This document shows, piece by piece, positions 19,691 through 28,919 of a DNA stretch of 64,000 nt. The notes below the pieces were generated by a model that made no database searches, was not told the origin of the DNA, and saw nothing but the letters and a program-made list of their open reading frames with translations. Source of the DNA: a virus (taxonomy: Duplodnaviria; Caudoviricetes); IMG/VR virus record IMGVR_UViG_3300035422_000089, positions 1-64,000 of that record. One strand, 5' to 3'. Positions within the stretch are counted from its first letter, which is position 1; each line of letters opens with the position of its first letter. The translations under genes and the position numbers were made by a program.

Positions 19691-20494
19691 ATGGCAAAAA
19701 TTGAAAATGATAAATATTATACGCCTATTGGACTGGCAAATTATTGTTGGGATAAGGTGCTTGATATAATAGGAGAGCAAAATATATCTGAAATTATTGA
19801 GCCAAGTTGCGGAGATGGAGCATTTTATCATCACCCAATAAAAATCCCGCATTTTGGATATGATATAGAACCACAATGTAACTTTAAAAATATAATAAAA
19901 GATGATTATTTGAAACAAGATATTACATATCTCTGTGGACGATTGGTTATCGGCAATCCTCCATATGGAAGATGTATGAATATGGCACAAAAGTTTTATA
20001 AGAAGTCTATTGAAATTGCAGATTATATAGCATTTATTCTTCCAATATCTCAATTAAATAATACTCGTTCAATGTATAAATTTGATTTGATTTATAGTGA
20101 AGATTTAGGCGTTCATCATTATACAGATAGGGATTTGCATTGTTGTTTTAATATTTATAAAAGACCCGAAAATGGTGAGCCAAACAAAAAAACAGTATCA
20201 AAATTGAAAGATATTTCAATTTATAGACAAGATAGCAAAGGGTATGACAATAAGGATTTTGATATCAGAATGTGTTATTGGGGAGATGGAACAGCTGGTA
20301 AAATTTTAAAAGATGAAGAACATTATTCTGCTGAATATAAAATTAAAGTAAATAATGTAGAGAAAAGAGAAGAAATTATTAATGTGCTGTCAACATTTGA
20401 TTGGAAATCATATTTGAATTGTATAGCTATGAGGAAAATTCAACAATTTCATATTATTGATGTATTGAAACAAACTATATGTGGCATTAGTTAG
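19691..20494 (+). CDS. Amino (N6A/N4C) DNA methyltransferase, gamma-type motif order
   Basis: IEPSCGDGAF (motif I) followed by IGNPPY (motif IV). Confidence 0.8.
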   Translation: MAKIENDKYYTPIGLANYCWDKVLDIIGEQNISEIIEPSCGDGAFYHHPIKIPHFGYDIEPQCNFKNIIKDDYLKQDITYLCGRLVIGNPPYGRCMNMAQKFYKKSIEIADYIAFILPISQLNNTRSMYKFDLIYSEDLGVHHYTDRDLHCCFNIYKRPENGEPNKKTVSKLKDISIYRQDSKGYDNKDFDIRMCYWGDGTAGKILKDEEHYSAEYKIKVNNVEKREEIINVLSTFDWKSYLNCIAMRKIQQFHIIDVLKQTICGIS

Positions 20495-20531
20495 ATATTA
20501 AATTAAATAATATACAAGATACAAAATAAAG

Positions 20532-20590
20532 AAAGGATACGAATGTTCACTAGTGAAGAAAGCTGCGCAGCTACTAAGTAATGGTGAACA
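20532..20590 (+). promoter_or_regulatory. Methyltransferase leader, family 2 copy F
   Basis: 57/59 identical to 31729..31787; palindromes TTCACTAGTGAA and AGCTGCGCAGCT; outer stem TGTTCAC/GTGAACA. Confidence 0.8.
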
Positions 20591-20593
20591 AAA

Positions 20594-21361
20594 ATTAAAG
20601 TATTAGAATTATTCGCAGGAACTTGTTGCTTATCAAACGGATTCAAAGCAAGAGGACATGAAACATATACGATTGATATTGATAAACAATTTGATGTTGA
20701 TTGGCATATGGATTGTAGCAAGATTACTACAAAGGATATTATTGAAAGATTTGGTGTACCAGATGTTATTTGGTTAGGAACTCCATGTCAAAGTTATAGT
20801 ATAGCAGCCATCTCACACCATAGAAGAAAAAATGAAGAATCTGGGAATTTAGATGGTGTAAGCAATTTTGCGAGATTCTGTGATGAAATGAATTGGCACT
20901 GCAGAAAAATAGTTGAGGAATTATTAGAGATTAACCCCAATTTAATTTATTTTTGGGAAAATCCAAGATCTGCTTTTAGAAAAATGGATTTTATTCAGGG
21001 GATACCAAGATATACGATTTGGTATTGTAAATATATGACAGAGTTTCCACCAGAACAAAGAAGAGCCAAGCCAACAGATTTATTTACAAATCATCCGAAC
21101 CCTAAGTTTTTACCTGAGTGTAAAAATGGTTCTCCTGACCACGCAGTTGCTAAACGCGGTATGGCAACAGGAACTCAAGGGATGAAAAATGCAAAAGAAA
21201 GAAGTACATATCCAAAACAATTGGTTGAACATATAGTTGATATTTGCGAGCAGTATTTACACGAAAAAGAATTATTTGATGAATGTAAATCTTGTAAAAA
21301 CAAATGGTCTTCTATGAAGTGTGATATGTGTGAAGACTTTGATATGTATAAAAGGCAATAA
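20594..21361 (+). CDS. dcm: C5-cytosine DNA methyltransferase, probable ATT start
   Basis: (I/M)KVLELFAG motif I from 20594, GTPCQSYS motif IV, WENP motif VI; in-frame TGA at 20585. Confidence 0.75.
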   Translation: MKVLELFAGTCCLSNGFKARGHETYTIDIDKQFDVDWHMDCSKITTKDIIERFGVPDVIWLGTPCQSYSIAAISHHRRKNEESGNLDGVSNFARFCDEMNWHCRKIVEELLEINPNLIYFWENPRSAFRKMDFIQGIPRYTIWYCKYMTEFPPEQRRAKPTDLFTNHPNPKFLPECKNGSPDHAVAKRGMATGTQGMKNAKERSTYPKQLVEHIVDICEQYLHEKELFDECKSCKNKWSSMKCDMCEDFDMYKRQ

Positions 21362-21383
21362 TTATATAGAGAATTATTAAAAC

Positions 21384-21432
21384 GAAAGGAGTAAGAGGTT
21401 TGCTGGCCAGCATTAAAGATTGTCTTTACTCC
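21384..21432 (+). promoter_or_regulatory. Methyltransferase leader, family 1 copy B
   Basis: GGAGTAA-GAGGTT-TGCTGGCCAGCA-T-TAAAGATTGTCTTTA-CTCC. Confidence 0.75.
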
Positions 21433-21441
21433 AAAATGTAA

Positions 21442-22734
21442 TTGAGAAGAGAAAAAGAATTAAGAAATTGGGAACTGGTAAATTTCTGTGAATTTGATAA
21501 GTACGCAATTAAAAGCTACTGTGCAATTCATGGTGTAGACGAGAGTTTAAACCTTGGTGATATTACTAAGGTTAATGAAACAAAATTAGAAGATTTTAAT
21601 ATGATGACATGGGGATTTCCATGTACCGATATTTCCGTAGCCGGAAAGCAAAAAGGATTTTTAGACGAAGATGGTAACAAAACAAGAAGTGGCATGTATT
21701 ATGAAGGAATTCGTATTCTTAGACATAAGAAACCAGCATTATCAATTATTGAAAATGTAAAGAATTTAACAAGTAAGCGATTTAAAAAAGAATTTGAAAC
21801 AGTTTTATCGGACTTAGATGAAGCAGGATATAACTCATATTGGAAAGTTTTGAATGCGAAAGACTTTGGGATCCCTCAAAATCGTGAAAGAGTATTTATT
21901 ATATCAATTCGTAAAGATTTGGATAATGGCAGATTTACATTTCCTGAAGGTTTTGATAATGGAATCCGTTTGAAAGATATTTTGGAAGATGAGGTAGACG
22001 AAAAGTATTATATTTCTGATGATAAAGTGCAGAGATTTTTAACAAATCTAAATACTAATACTTCTTTACTATATGATCCGTGTCAGGTAAAAAGAGAAGG
22101 TAAATCAAGGGAATATAATGATTACTGTCCAACTCTAACTTCAAGAGATTACAAAGATTCCAGATTAGTAAATGAAAATGTTGTTAAACAAGTAGGTAAT
22201 ATTTCTGATTGTAATGGGAATTGGAAGAATCCACAAGTGGGGAGAATTTATGATCCTGATGGTTGTTCACCGACATTAAATACTTGTGGCAAAGGTAGCC
22301 ATGAACCTAAGATTGTTCAGGTTGGTAATGTAAATCCATCTGGTAAAGGTATGAATGGTAATGTATTTTCAGAAGATGGACTAGCACCAACTTTAACAAC
22401 AAATAAAGGTGAAGGAAATAAAATTTTAACAGGTATTAGAATCCGCAAACTAACGCCAAAAAAAACTTTCAGGCTTATGGGATTTTCTGATTCAGCATAT
22501 GACGCTGCAAGCAAAGTTGTTAGTAACAGCCAGCTTTATAAACAATCAGGGAATTCAATAGTAGTAGATATTTTATATTACATATTAGTTGAGTTATATA
22601 AGGCAATGCCATATCTGTTTGATGATTTGAAACTGAGCAGTTTCTTCTCAGGTATTGGTGCATTTGAGGCTAGTTTGGACAGATTGTATGAAAGCATCAA
22701 TACAGGAAATTTTACCAAACCACAAGTGGAGTAA
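21442..22734 (+). CDS. dcm: Circularly permuted, probably multispecific C5-cytosine DNA methyltransferase
   Basis: Order II (VNFCEFDKYA), III (LGDIT), IV (GFPCTD), VI (IENVK), VIII (PQNRER), variable region with 3 PTL modules, IX, X (LYKQSGNSIVV), then motif I (FFSGIGAFE) at the C-terminus. Confidence 0.85.
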   Translation: MRREKELRNWELVNFCEFDKYAIKSYCAIHGVDESLNLGDITKVNETKLEDFNMMTWGFPCTDISVAGKQKGFLDEDGNKTRSGMYYEGIRILRHKKPALSIIENVKNLTSKRFKKEFETVLSDLDEAGYNSYWKVLNAKDFGIPQNRERVFIISIRKDLDNGRFTFPEGFDNGIRLKDILEDEVDEKYYISDDKVQRFLTNLNTNTSLLYDPCQVKREGKSREYNDYCPTLTSRDYKDSRLVNENVVKQVGNISDCNGNWKNPQVGRIYDPDGCSPTLNTCGKGSHEPKIVQVGNVNPSGKGMNGNVFSEDGLAPTLTTNKGEGNKILTGIRIRKLTPKKTFRLMGFSDSAYDAASKVVSNSQLYKQSGNSIVVDILYYILVELYKAMPYLFDDLKLSSFFSGIGAFEASLDRLYESINTGNFTKPQVE

Positions 22735-22748
22735 ATTCTGCTTGTGGT
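22707..22748 (+). other. -1 ribosomal frameshift signal 1 (A_AAT_TTT plus hairpin)
   Basis: Heptamer 22707-13 in dcm frame; 5-nt spacer; 13-bp stem 22719-31/22736-48; TAA stop in the loop. Confidence 0.75.
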
Positions 22749-23051
22749 GAATATAAACCAGTTTTATTGGGTGGTATTGGAGAAATTAATTTTGGTAAAC
22801 AATATCGCCAAGGTAATCGTGTATATGATTCTAATGCAATAGCAATGTGTTTAACAGCACAACCATTAGGTAACGCTGGAGGATATAGTTATCTGTATGC
22901 TGTTGGAGCCGCTATGCGTGGCAGATATAATTCTGATGGTAAAACTGAACAACAGATAGAAGTAAGGGATGACGAGTTATCTAATGCAATTACAACGGTA
23001 TGGAAAGATAGTTTGGTTGTAGAAAATTTTCAGAAACCGCCAATGAGTTGA
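22713..23051 (+). CDS. -1 frame extension of dcm with two TRD-like modules (track ORF 22767..23051)
   Basis: QGNRVYDSNAIAMCLTAQ and ELSNAITTV resemble C5-MTase variable-region repeats; no SD before TTG 22767; frame open back through the slippery site. Confidence 0.7.
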   Translation, partial: YQTTSGVNSACGEYKPVLLGGIGEINFGKQYRQGNRVYDSNAIAMCLTAQPLGNAGGYSYLYAVGAAMRGRYNSDGKTEQQIEVRDDELSNAITTVWKDSLVVENFQKPPMS

Positions 23052-23065
23052 TATTCGTTGGCGGT
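23024..23065 (+). other. -1 ribosomal frameshift signal 2 (A_AAT_TTT plus hairpin)
   Basis: Heptamer 23024-30; 5-nt spacer; 13-bp stem 23036-48/23053-65; TGA stop in the loop. Confidence 0.75.
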
Positions 23066-23233
23066 ATAGAAAGTAAAAAGTGGTTGGATAATGGCAAATA
23101 TTTATCAAGAAACTATAAACAAGGGTATCGAGTATATGATTCAGATGGTATTGCATGTGCTTTAACAGCACAAGGAACAGGAGGATTGGGTGGGTATTCA
23201 GGATTGTATCTTGTTAGAAAAAAGAAGTATTAA
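23030..23233 (+). CDS. Second -1 frame extension with one TRD-like module (track ORF 23048..23233)
   Basis: QGYRVYDSDGIACALTAQGTGGLGGYSGLY is a paralog of the preceding module. Confidence 0.7.
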   Translation, partial: SETANELIFVGGIESKKWLDNGKYLSRNYKQGYRVYDSDGIACALTAQGTGGLGGYSGLYLVRKKKY

Positions 23234-23274
23234 AACCCACGTTTCAAGTAGAAAAAGAAAAGGAGAAAAACGAT

Positions 23275-23580
23275 ATGGAAATCATGAAAGTAAAAAATTA
23301 TAAGGTATTTGCAGAGACATTAAAAAAGAAAACTGGATGTGAAGCCACTATCAAGATTATGAATAGTAAAGATCACTATCATTTTCAGTTGAATAAAGAT
23401 GGTATTTCTCTTGGAGTATTATGTCTTGATCAAGGAGAAGCGTCTTTTGCTCCGTTTGTGTCACTTGATACGGCAAAAGATGATCAGTATATCAATGTAA
23501 AGTATATGCCAATGCTTGAAGATTTTATAGGTGTTCTAAAGGTATTTGATGAAATGTTTGTTTGTGAAGAAGAAGTATAG
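23275..23580 (+). CDS. Hypothetical protein
   Basis: ORF with AAGGAG SD. Confidence 0.65.
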   Translation: MEIMKVKNYKVFAETLKKKTGCEATIKIMNSKDHYHFQLNKDGISLGVLCLDQGEASFAPFVSLDTAKDDQYINVKYMPMLEDFIGVLKVFDEMFVCEEEV

Positions 23581-23609
23581 CTTTGAAATCTGCGATTTAT
23601 CGGAGGGTA

Positions 23610-23900
23610 ATGAAGTTGAAAGAATGTAGGTTTTGTAAAGATAGAACAAAATGCGAATATGCCATGAACGATTATCCTGGCTCTGACAATCTTTGGAAAG
23701 CAGAGAAATATTGTGAGAAAATTCAAAAATCAAATGTAGAAACAGTTAGTGAAAATGATAGCAAAGCATTTAAAGAGAAAGTAGAAAAATATCTTTCGCA
23801 AGGATATAAAATCTCTTCAACAAATTGCGGTTATGCTGGTGAAGTTGGTGGTAATGTATATGATTGTGAATACTGGATGGCGATTTTGATTAAGGAGTAG
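23610..23900 (+). CDS. Hypothetical protein
   Basis: GGAGG SD before ATG 23610. Confidence 0.6.
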   Translation: MKLKECRFCKDRTKCEYAMNDYPGSDNLWKAEKYCEKIQKSNVETVSENDSKAFKEKVEKYLSQGYKISSTNCGYAGEVGGNVYDCEYWMAILIKE

Positions 23901-23911
23901 GATGTGAATAA

Positions 23912-24348
23912 ATGCGTAGAAGATTAATAGGAAATATTTGTACTGGACTTGGTAATCCATCACCAGTAATTTTTGACAACGAATACACAGATAATAAAAG
24001 GTTTAATGAGACTGTAAAACTATTTTTTGAAGATGCACTAAATTCATTAAATGATGAAACTATTCATGATATTGGAGGTTTCGATTTCAAAATAGAGTTA
24101 GAAGATAACAGTTTTAGGATTTTATTTGGTATTGAACCATCATATATGTATAATCCGTATATCTGTTATTCTGTTATTGCTTTGATAGCGAAAAAGAGAA
24201 AAGCTATATACATAAGGGACAGGCATTTGGATATTATGGTGCTAATATCAAAATAAAATCGAAGAAGAGTTATAGGAGATGTGGTAAAGAATTTAGAGAA
24301 TGTATAAATAGGCATTATGAAAATTTGATGAGGTGTTTAAGTGAATAA
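23912..24348 (+). pseudogene. Hypothetical gene frameshifted by an 8-bp tandem duplication
   Basis: TCTGTTAT is repeated at 24162-69 and 24170-77; removing one copy gives a single frame to TAA at about 24348. Confidence 0.6.
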
Positions 24349-24568
24349 TGGAATATTTGCAAAATATACGGGGATTCCAATAATAGTTGTTCCTGATAGT
24401 AAAAAGCAAAATAGGACACATAAGAAAAAGAGAATAAATAAGAAGTGGGCTAAAAGATATGGATACACAACATATAATTCCATTGAAGATGAAAAGGTGA
24501 TTATGATGAATGGAAGCATGTATGTAAATCCGAGGGCTTATTATAAGTTGAAATCTATTGAATTGTAG
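24341..24568 (+). CDS. Hypothetical basic protein
   Basis: GAGGTG SD; RTHKKKRINKKWAKRYG. Confidence 0.6.
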   Translation: MNNGIFAKYTGIPIIVVPDSKKQNRTHKKKRINKKWAKRYGYTTYNSIEDEKVIMMNGSMYVNPRAYYKLKSIEL

Positions 24569-24950
24569 ATTTAGAAATTCATTCTGTGTGGAGGTAGGTA
24601 AGGTGACTAGAAAAGAGGAATTAGAAGCTGTAGAAGTGGAATTATACGAAAAAATAACTAAGGTTAAGAAAGAAAAGGAAGAAATTAGGCAAAAGGAATT
24701 AGCTGAGAAAAAGAGAAATGTAGCAAAGCATATTCAATATTTAAGAGATAATAAAGATATTATATTGCCTCTTTTAGAACATTCAAGAAAAAACTGTAGT
24801 GATGATAATTGCTGTAATGGATATATAACATCTGATGGATATGCTAGATGCAATAAATGTTTCTTAATAGAGATTTTGAATGGCGAATGGGGAGAAGGAG
24901 ATTTTGAAGTAACTTTTGACGTTCATATTTCATGCACAGAAGTCATTTAA
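24558..24950 (+). CDS. Hypothetical protein
   Basis: ORF; start probably GTG near 24603. Confidence 0.6.
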   Translation: MNCRFRNSFCVEVGKVTRKEELEAVEVELYEKITKVKKEKEEIRQKELAEKKRNVAKHIQYLRDNKDIILPLLEHSRKNCSDDNCCNGYITSDGYARCNKCFLIEILNGEWGEGDFEVTFDVHISCTEVI

Positions 24951-24982
24951 ACTTGCATTTCATAGGAGGAGAAAAAGAAGTT

Positions 24983-25342
24983 ATGAGCATGGAAAGTCAT
25001 TATTACGTTATAGCTGGTTATGATTTGACTGGCAACGAAACAGATAAATTTAAAGATTGGAAGTGGTCGGATGATGGAGAAGATTATATTTGCAACCAGT
25101 GCAAAGGCAAGATTCAATTTTTCGATGATCCGATGAGTGGTTTACATTTATATTTTGGATATGTTTTGGCTTCTGGTAATGAGTATAGTTTTGATACAGA
25201 AATGTTTGATGTGTCTGATATTGAAAAATGTTCTGGTAAGGTGAAAGCAGAATTGGTAAAACTTCAAGAACTGGGAGTGATTACAAAAAATCCACATTTT
25301 AAACCTGTGTTTAAGATTATTGTATTTGAAGAATGTAGATAG
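24983..25342 (+). CDS. Hypothetical protein
   Basis: GGAGG SD upstream of ATG 24983. Confidence 0.65.
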   Translation: MSMESHYYVIAGYDLTGNETDKFKDWKWSDDGEDYICNQCKGKIQFFDDPMSGLHLYFGYVLASGNEYSFDTEMFDVSDIEKCSGKVKAELVKLQELGVITKNPHFKPVFKIIVFEECR

Positions 25343-25349
25343 AGGGTAG

Positions 25350-25868
25350 GTGATTCAAATAACACATAATTACATAAATCTTACAAATGGCGTTGAAGCC
25401 ATTCCAATGTTGAAATTTTGGAATGAGGATTACAGATTTATTCGTATTCAGTCAACAATCTGTGAACAGAAATTATGGAACAGACTCATTCAGGATTTGG
25501 ACTATGATTTTTTGATGAATTTAGCACTTGGACATAAGTGTGTTGTGTATGATTTCGGGGCGAGAAAGCCGGTTCCTAGAGCAGTATATCAGGGATTAGA
25601 ATTTGTGAAATATGTTCTGAATCGCAGGTGGCTGGATCAGGAATATATCACAAATGTAAATAGAAGTAAAAATCAAGAGAGAAAGAATAATTGTAATGAT
25701 TATTTCAATAAGTGTTATTTGAACTTAGAAGATAGAACAAAAAAGAAACTGGATTATTTCTTACCATATGTAATCACAAAAGAAATAAAATTGGAATGTG
25801 TTACTGATTGTACGCAGCATGATAATGATAAAGAATTTTATAGAGAAATATTGAAACAGGTGAGTTAA
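25350..25868 (+). CDS. Hypothetical protein
   Basis: GTG start with GAGGG SD. Confidence 0.7.
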   Translation: MIQITHNYINLTNGVEAIPMLKFWNEDYRFIRIQSTICEQKLWNRLIQDLDYDFLMNLALGHKCVVYDFGARKPVPRAVYQGLEFVKYVLNRRWLDQEYITNVNRSKNQERKNNCNDYFNKCYLNLEDRTKKKLDYFLPYVITKEIKLECVTDCTQHDNDKEFYREILKQVS

Positions 25869-25889
25869 ATTTGGAAGGAGATACTGATT

Positions 25890-26558
25890 ATGAGTAAAGC
25901 GAAAAGATATAAAGGTCTGAAATTTAATTATAGAGTCAAAGGACAAAACAAAGTCTTTATGGATAAATATTTAACCATAGAAGATTTTCTTAAAACTCAA
26001 TTTCCTAAAAATAATAATCCGGTATCTCCTTCATATGATACAGAAATATTCAATATAAATTGGAACTCGCATGAAGTTAGTATCAATAAAGATGCCAAAA
26101 CTCTTTCTGATTTGATAGAAATTTTATCTGGCGAATGTTTTATCAGTAGCACAGATATTAGATTGACTAAATCCACATTGGAGAGAAAATCTGTTCATTA
26201 TATTGAAGATGTAAGAGAAACAGTAAAAGATGTTTTATTTGAGAAACTTAAAAAAGATGCAAAAGTAAAATTAGATGGTGACATCATAAAGGGTAATAGC
26301 CAAAGGTATCAGTTATTTTTTACAAAAGGTACAAAATGTGTCTGTTGTGGAATTGAGGGAAAATATTTTGCAAAAGAGAAGAAAATAAAAGATAAATCGT
26401 ACCATTTGAATTTGTATGGTATTGATAATAGCGGAAAAGAAGTCTTAATTACAAAAGATCACATAATTCCAAAATCAAAAGGTGGGAAAGATGAATTAGA
26501 AAATTATCAAACAATGTGTGTTAGATGTAATGAAAGAAAAGGTAATAAAACAGAATAA
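25890..26558 (+). CDS. HNH endonuclease
   Basis: CVCCG...TKDHIIPKSKGG...ENYQTMCVRCNERKG. Confidence 0.85.
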   Translation: MSKAKRYKGLKFNYRVKGQNKVFMDKYLTIEDFLKTQFPKNNNPVSPSYDTEIFNINWNSHEVSINKDAKTLSDLIEILSGECFISSTDIRLTKSTLERKSVHYIEDVRETVKDVLFEKLKKDAKVKLDGDIIKGNSQRYQLFFTKGTKCVCCGIEGKYFAKEKKIKDKSYHLNLYGIDNSGKEVLITKDHIIPKSKGGKDELENYQTMCVRCNERKGNKTE

Positions 26559-26562
26559 TTAA

Positions 26563-26631
26563 TAAAGAAAGGATAAAATCAGAAGTTCCTATAGGTGAAA
26601 AGTGCGCACAGCTTATGACGGTAAGCGAGGA
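26563..26631 (+). promoter_or_regulatory. Double-palindrome leader (copy H) upstream of the RNA repair gene
   Basis: AAAGAAAGGATA head as in family 2; CCTATAGG 26588-95; GTGCGCAC 26602-09; hairpin GCTTA/TAAGC. Confidence 0.5.
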
Positions 26632-28830
26632 ATGAGAATTTTACTTTTATTAAGAGGATCTGCCGGATGTGGGAAATCTACATGGATTGAGAAAAATGGA
26701 TTAAAACCATATACATTGTCGGCTGATGATATAAGGCTTCTGTGTCAGAGTCCTATTATGCAAGTAGATGGCGCTGAAGGCATCAGCCAGGTAAACGATA
26801 ATGTCACATGGAAGACTTTATTTAATTTGTTAGAAGTCAGAATGCAGAAGGGTGAATTTACTGTAATTGACGCTACAAATTCTAAGACTTCTGAAATGAA
26901 CAGATATAAGGAAATGTGCAATACATATAGATACAGGATTTATTGTGTTGATTTTACGGATATTTCTATTGATGAAGTTAAGAGAAGGAATGCAAATAGA
27001 GAAGTATTAAAGAGAGTCCCTGAAGAAGTGATTGATAAGATGTATTCAAGATTTGCAACTCAGAAAATACCATCAGGTATCAAAGTTATCAAACCTGATG
27101 AATTAGATACTATCTGGATGAGAATGATCGATCTGTCTGAATACAAAAAGATTCATCATATTGGAGATATTCATGGATGTAATACAGTTTTGCAGAAGTA
27201 CTTATCAGATAATGGTAGTATGAAAGATGATGAGTTTTATATTTTTACAGGTGATTATATTGATAGAGGACTTGAAAATGCCGATGTTGTAAAATTTCTC
27301 ATTTCCATTAAGGATAAGAAAAATGTTCTTATGTTGGAGGGGAATCATGAGAGATGGTTGTGGCTATATGCAAATGGATGTACAGGTAAATCAAAAGAAT
27401 TTGAATTAATTACAAAACCAGCTCTGGAAGAAGCGAGAATTGATAAGAAGGATATAAGGCAGCTTTATAGAAGATTTGGTCAGTGTGCTTATTATAAATA
27501 TGGCGATAATGTTTATTTGGTTACTCATGCTGGACTTAGTACGCTTCCAAAGAATTTGTCATTTGTAGCAACGGATCAGATGATTAGAGGTGTTGGTGGT
27601 TACAATGATTTTGAGAAAATCGCAGAAACATTTGTCAACACTACACCAGACAATGTTTATCAGATTCATGGACACAGAAATACAAAGAGATTAGATACAA
27701 AGGTAAATGACAGGGTATTCAATTTGGAAGGTCGTGTGGAATTTGGTGGAGAATTAAGATGTGTACAGGTTGATAAAAATGGTATTCACACAATCGAAAT
27801 TCAAAATGAAGTATTCAAGACACCGGAAATGCAGAGTGAACAGACTGTTACAAGTAGTTCAGTTACAGACACGATTATCTCTTTAAGGGCTAATAGATAT
27901 ATTCAGGAAAAGAAATTTGGCAATATCTCTTCCTTTAATTTTACTGAAAAGGCATTTTATGACAAGGTTTGGGATGAACAGACCACAAAATCAAGAGGGT
28001 TATATCTTGATACCCTAAAAGGAAAAGTAGTTGCAAGGGCATATGATAAGTTCTTTAATATCAACGAAAGACCAGAAACGAAGTTTGATATGCTGCAATA
28101 CAAACTGCAATTTCCTGTAACAGCTTATGTTAAAGAAAATGGTTTCTTGGGCATTGTAAGTTACAACGAATATGAAGATGATTTGTTGATTGCAAGTAAG
28201 TCTACTCTTGATAGCCAGTTTGCACAGTGGTTTAGAGAAATGTTATATGAAAAGATTTCTGCTGACAATATTCAGGAAATGAAGAAATATATTAAAGAGC
28301 ATAATGTTTCATTTGTATTTGAGTGTGTTGACATGAAGAATGACCCACATATTATCGAATATCCAAACAGTGAATTATTCTTACTTGATATTGTTCAGAA
28401 TGATATGAACTTTTCTAAATATGAATATGACACAATGGTTGATGTTGCTAATCAGTTTGGAATTACAACGAAAGAAAAGGCATTTGAGATTGCAACATGG
28501 CAGGAGTTCTTTGATTGGTACTATGACATTTTGGAAGAAGATTATGAGTATGATGGACGCAAGATTGAAGGATTTGTCATTGAGGACAGTGTAGGCTACA
28601 TGACAAAACTGAAACTGACATACTACAATTTCTGGAAGTTTATGAGAAGTATTTCACATGAAGCGATCAGGAATGGATATATCAGGAAGACATCGGCTTT
28701 AACTACTCCAACAGCAAATGAATATTATGCTTGGGTTAGAAAATTGCACGATGTAGAAGATAAAGATAGTATTCCGAGAGATATTTGTACGCTGAGAAGA
28801 CTGTTTTATAAGGACAAGGAGAAAAATTGA
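26632..28830 (+). CDS. Trifunctional RNA repair enzyme: polynucleotide kinase, metallophosphoesterase, Rnl1-type RNA ligase
   Basis: GSAGCGKS P-loop; GDIHG, GDYIDRG, GNHE; ligase motif I KENG and EGFV. ATG 26632 has GAGGA SD (track uses GTG 26602). Confidence 0.88.
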   Translation: MRILLLLRGSAGCGKSTWIEKNGLKPYTLSADDIRLLCQSPIMQVDGAEGISQVNDNVTWKTLFNLLEVRMQKGEFTVIDATNSKTSEMNRYKEMCNTYRYRIYCVDFTDISIDEVKRRNANREVLKRVPEEVIDKMYSRFATQKIPSGIKVIKPDELDTIWMRMIDLSEYKKIHHIGDIHGCNTVLQKYLSDNGSMKDDEFYIFTGDYIDRGLENADVVKFLISIKDKKNVLMLEGNHERWLWLYANGCTGKSKEFELITKPALEEARIDKKDIRQLYRRFGQCAYYKYGDNVYLVTHAGLSTLPKNLSFVATDQMIRGVGGYNDFEKIAETFVNTTPDNVYQIHGHRNTKRLDTKVNDRVFNLEGRVEFGGELRCVQVDKNGIHTIEIQNEVFKTPEMQSEQTVTSSSVTDTIISLRANRYIQEKKFGNISSFNFTEKAFYDKVWDEQTTKSRGLYLDTLKGKVVARAYDKFFNINERPETKFDMLQYKLQFPVTAYVKENGFLGIVSYNEYEDDLLIASKSTLDSQFAQWFREMLYEKISADNIQEMKKYIKEHNVSFVFECVDMKNDPHIIEYPNSELFLLDIVQNDMNFSKYEYDTMVDVANQFGITTKEKAFEIATWQEFFDWYYDILEEDYEYDGRKIEGFVIEDSVGYMTKLKLTYYNFWKFMRSISHEAIRNGYIRKTSALTTPTANEYYAWVRKLHDVEDKDSIPRDICTLRRLFYKDKEKN

Positions 28831-28840
28831 TAAAAATATA

Positions 28841-28882
28841 CCATATATAGTAGTTTGCTGTATTTGAAATTGCTATATATGG
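28841..28882. repeat. 42-bp inverted repeat, copy 1
   Basis: CCATATATAG-TAGTTT-N10-AAATTG-CTATATATGG. Confidence 0.8.
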
Positions 28883-28919
28883 TACAGACATGAAATCGAG
28901 ATTTCAAAGGTGGATAGTC

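Noticed and set aside
25890-26558. HNH protein as the restriction partner of the methyltransferases
   Set aside because: Not adjacent to any MTase, and it resembles a free-standing phage HNH; no evidence of pairing.
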